A stretch of 12,158 bases of DNA, from positions 6,751 to 18,908 of the forward strand of contig CAZFVS010000010.1 of the NCBI GenBank assembly GCA_964522265.1, in the 5' to 3' direction. The DNA is from an uncultured Gammaproteobacteria bacterium. Lineage in GTDB: Bacteria; Patescibacteriota; Microgenomatia; Daviesbacterales; UBA10151. Below the pieces are notes generated by a model, which searched no databases, was not told the DNA's origin, and saw only the letters and a list, made by a program, of their open reading frames with translations. The position numbers were made by a program, and so were the translations under genes. This document shows positions 12,002-12,158 of this stretch, piece by piece (position 1 is the stretch's first letter; every line of letters begins with the position of its first letter).

Positions 12002-12158
12002 ATGCGTATATTAGTCACCGGCTCTGCAGGTTTTATGGGTTCACATTTGGTTGATTATCTCATCAAGATGGGACATCAGGTTTATGGAGTGGACGATCTT
12101 TCAGGCGGCTACATGCGCAATGTAAACCCCAAGAGTATATTTACCAAACTGGATCTTA
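12002..12158 (+). CDS. NAD-dependent epimerase/dehydratase (extended SDR), N-terminal fragment running off the window end
   Basis: The ATG at 12002 gives MRILVTGSAGFMGSHLVDYLIKMGHQVYGVDDLSGGY..., a Rossmann TGxxGFxG motif typical of UDP-sugar 4-epimerases/4,6-dehydratases. It is open to the window end and absent from the ORF track because it has no stop in the window. Confidence 0.8.
   Translation, partial: MRILVTGSAGFMGSHLVDYLIKMGHQVYGVDDLSGGYMRNVNPKSIFTKLDL

Noticed and set aside
1-12158. Alternative genetic code (UGA recoding as in some CPR lineages)
   Set aside because: comEA ends at a TGA positioned exactly at the comEC start overlap. All long ORFs are intact under the standard code with no in-frame TGA, so code 11 fits.

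Overview
Low-GC (roughly 35-40% by eye) bacterial window with compact housekeeping content. The gene mix resembles a reduced-genome Patescibacteria/CPR-type organism, but that is inference only. On the minus strand, nt 1-8200 carry comEC (partial, missed by the ORF track), comEA, an SprT/DUF45-like HExxH protein, leuS, two tandem tRNA-Ala genes, a class-A beta-lactamase-fold serine hydrolase, a LysM-M23 peptidase, and rho with a low-complexity N-terminus. An unusually long 860-nt non-coding region (8201-9059) follows. On the plus strand there is then a glycan-synthesis cluster: GT2, GT4, GT2 and a partial NAD-dependent epimerase/dehydratase. The standard genetic code applies: TGA, TAA and TAG all terminate long ORFs. 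I found no recognisable multi-gene defence, toxin or mobile system, and no integrase, transposase, CRISPR array or reverse transcriptase. The unexplained signals are all small and mostly non-coding. (1) An in-frame copy of the last 13 codons plus stop of the M23 gene lies 102 nt downstream and differs only at six synonymous third positions. (2) A degenerate 3' half of tRNA-Ala(GGC) lies just downstream of the intact gene. (3) A cluster of GGRGACTTGWC repeats forms three long imperfect hairpins. (4) An orphan promoter and intrinsic terminator bracket a roughly 100-nt candidate sRNA. (5) A 51-bp in-frame insertion flanked by 14-bp direct repeats sits inside a GT2 gene. (6) Two promoter geometries predict leaderless mRNAs. 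All functional readings of these signals are hypotheses.
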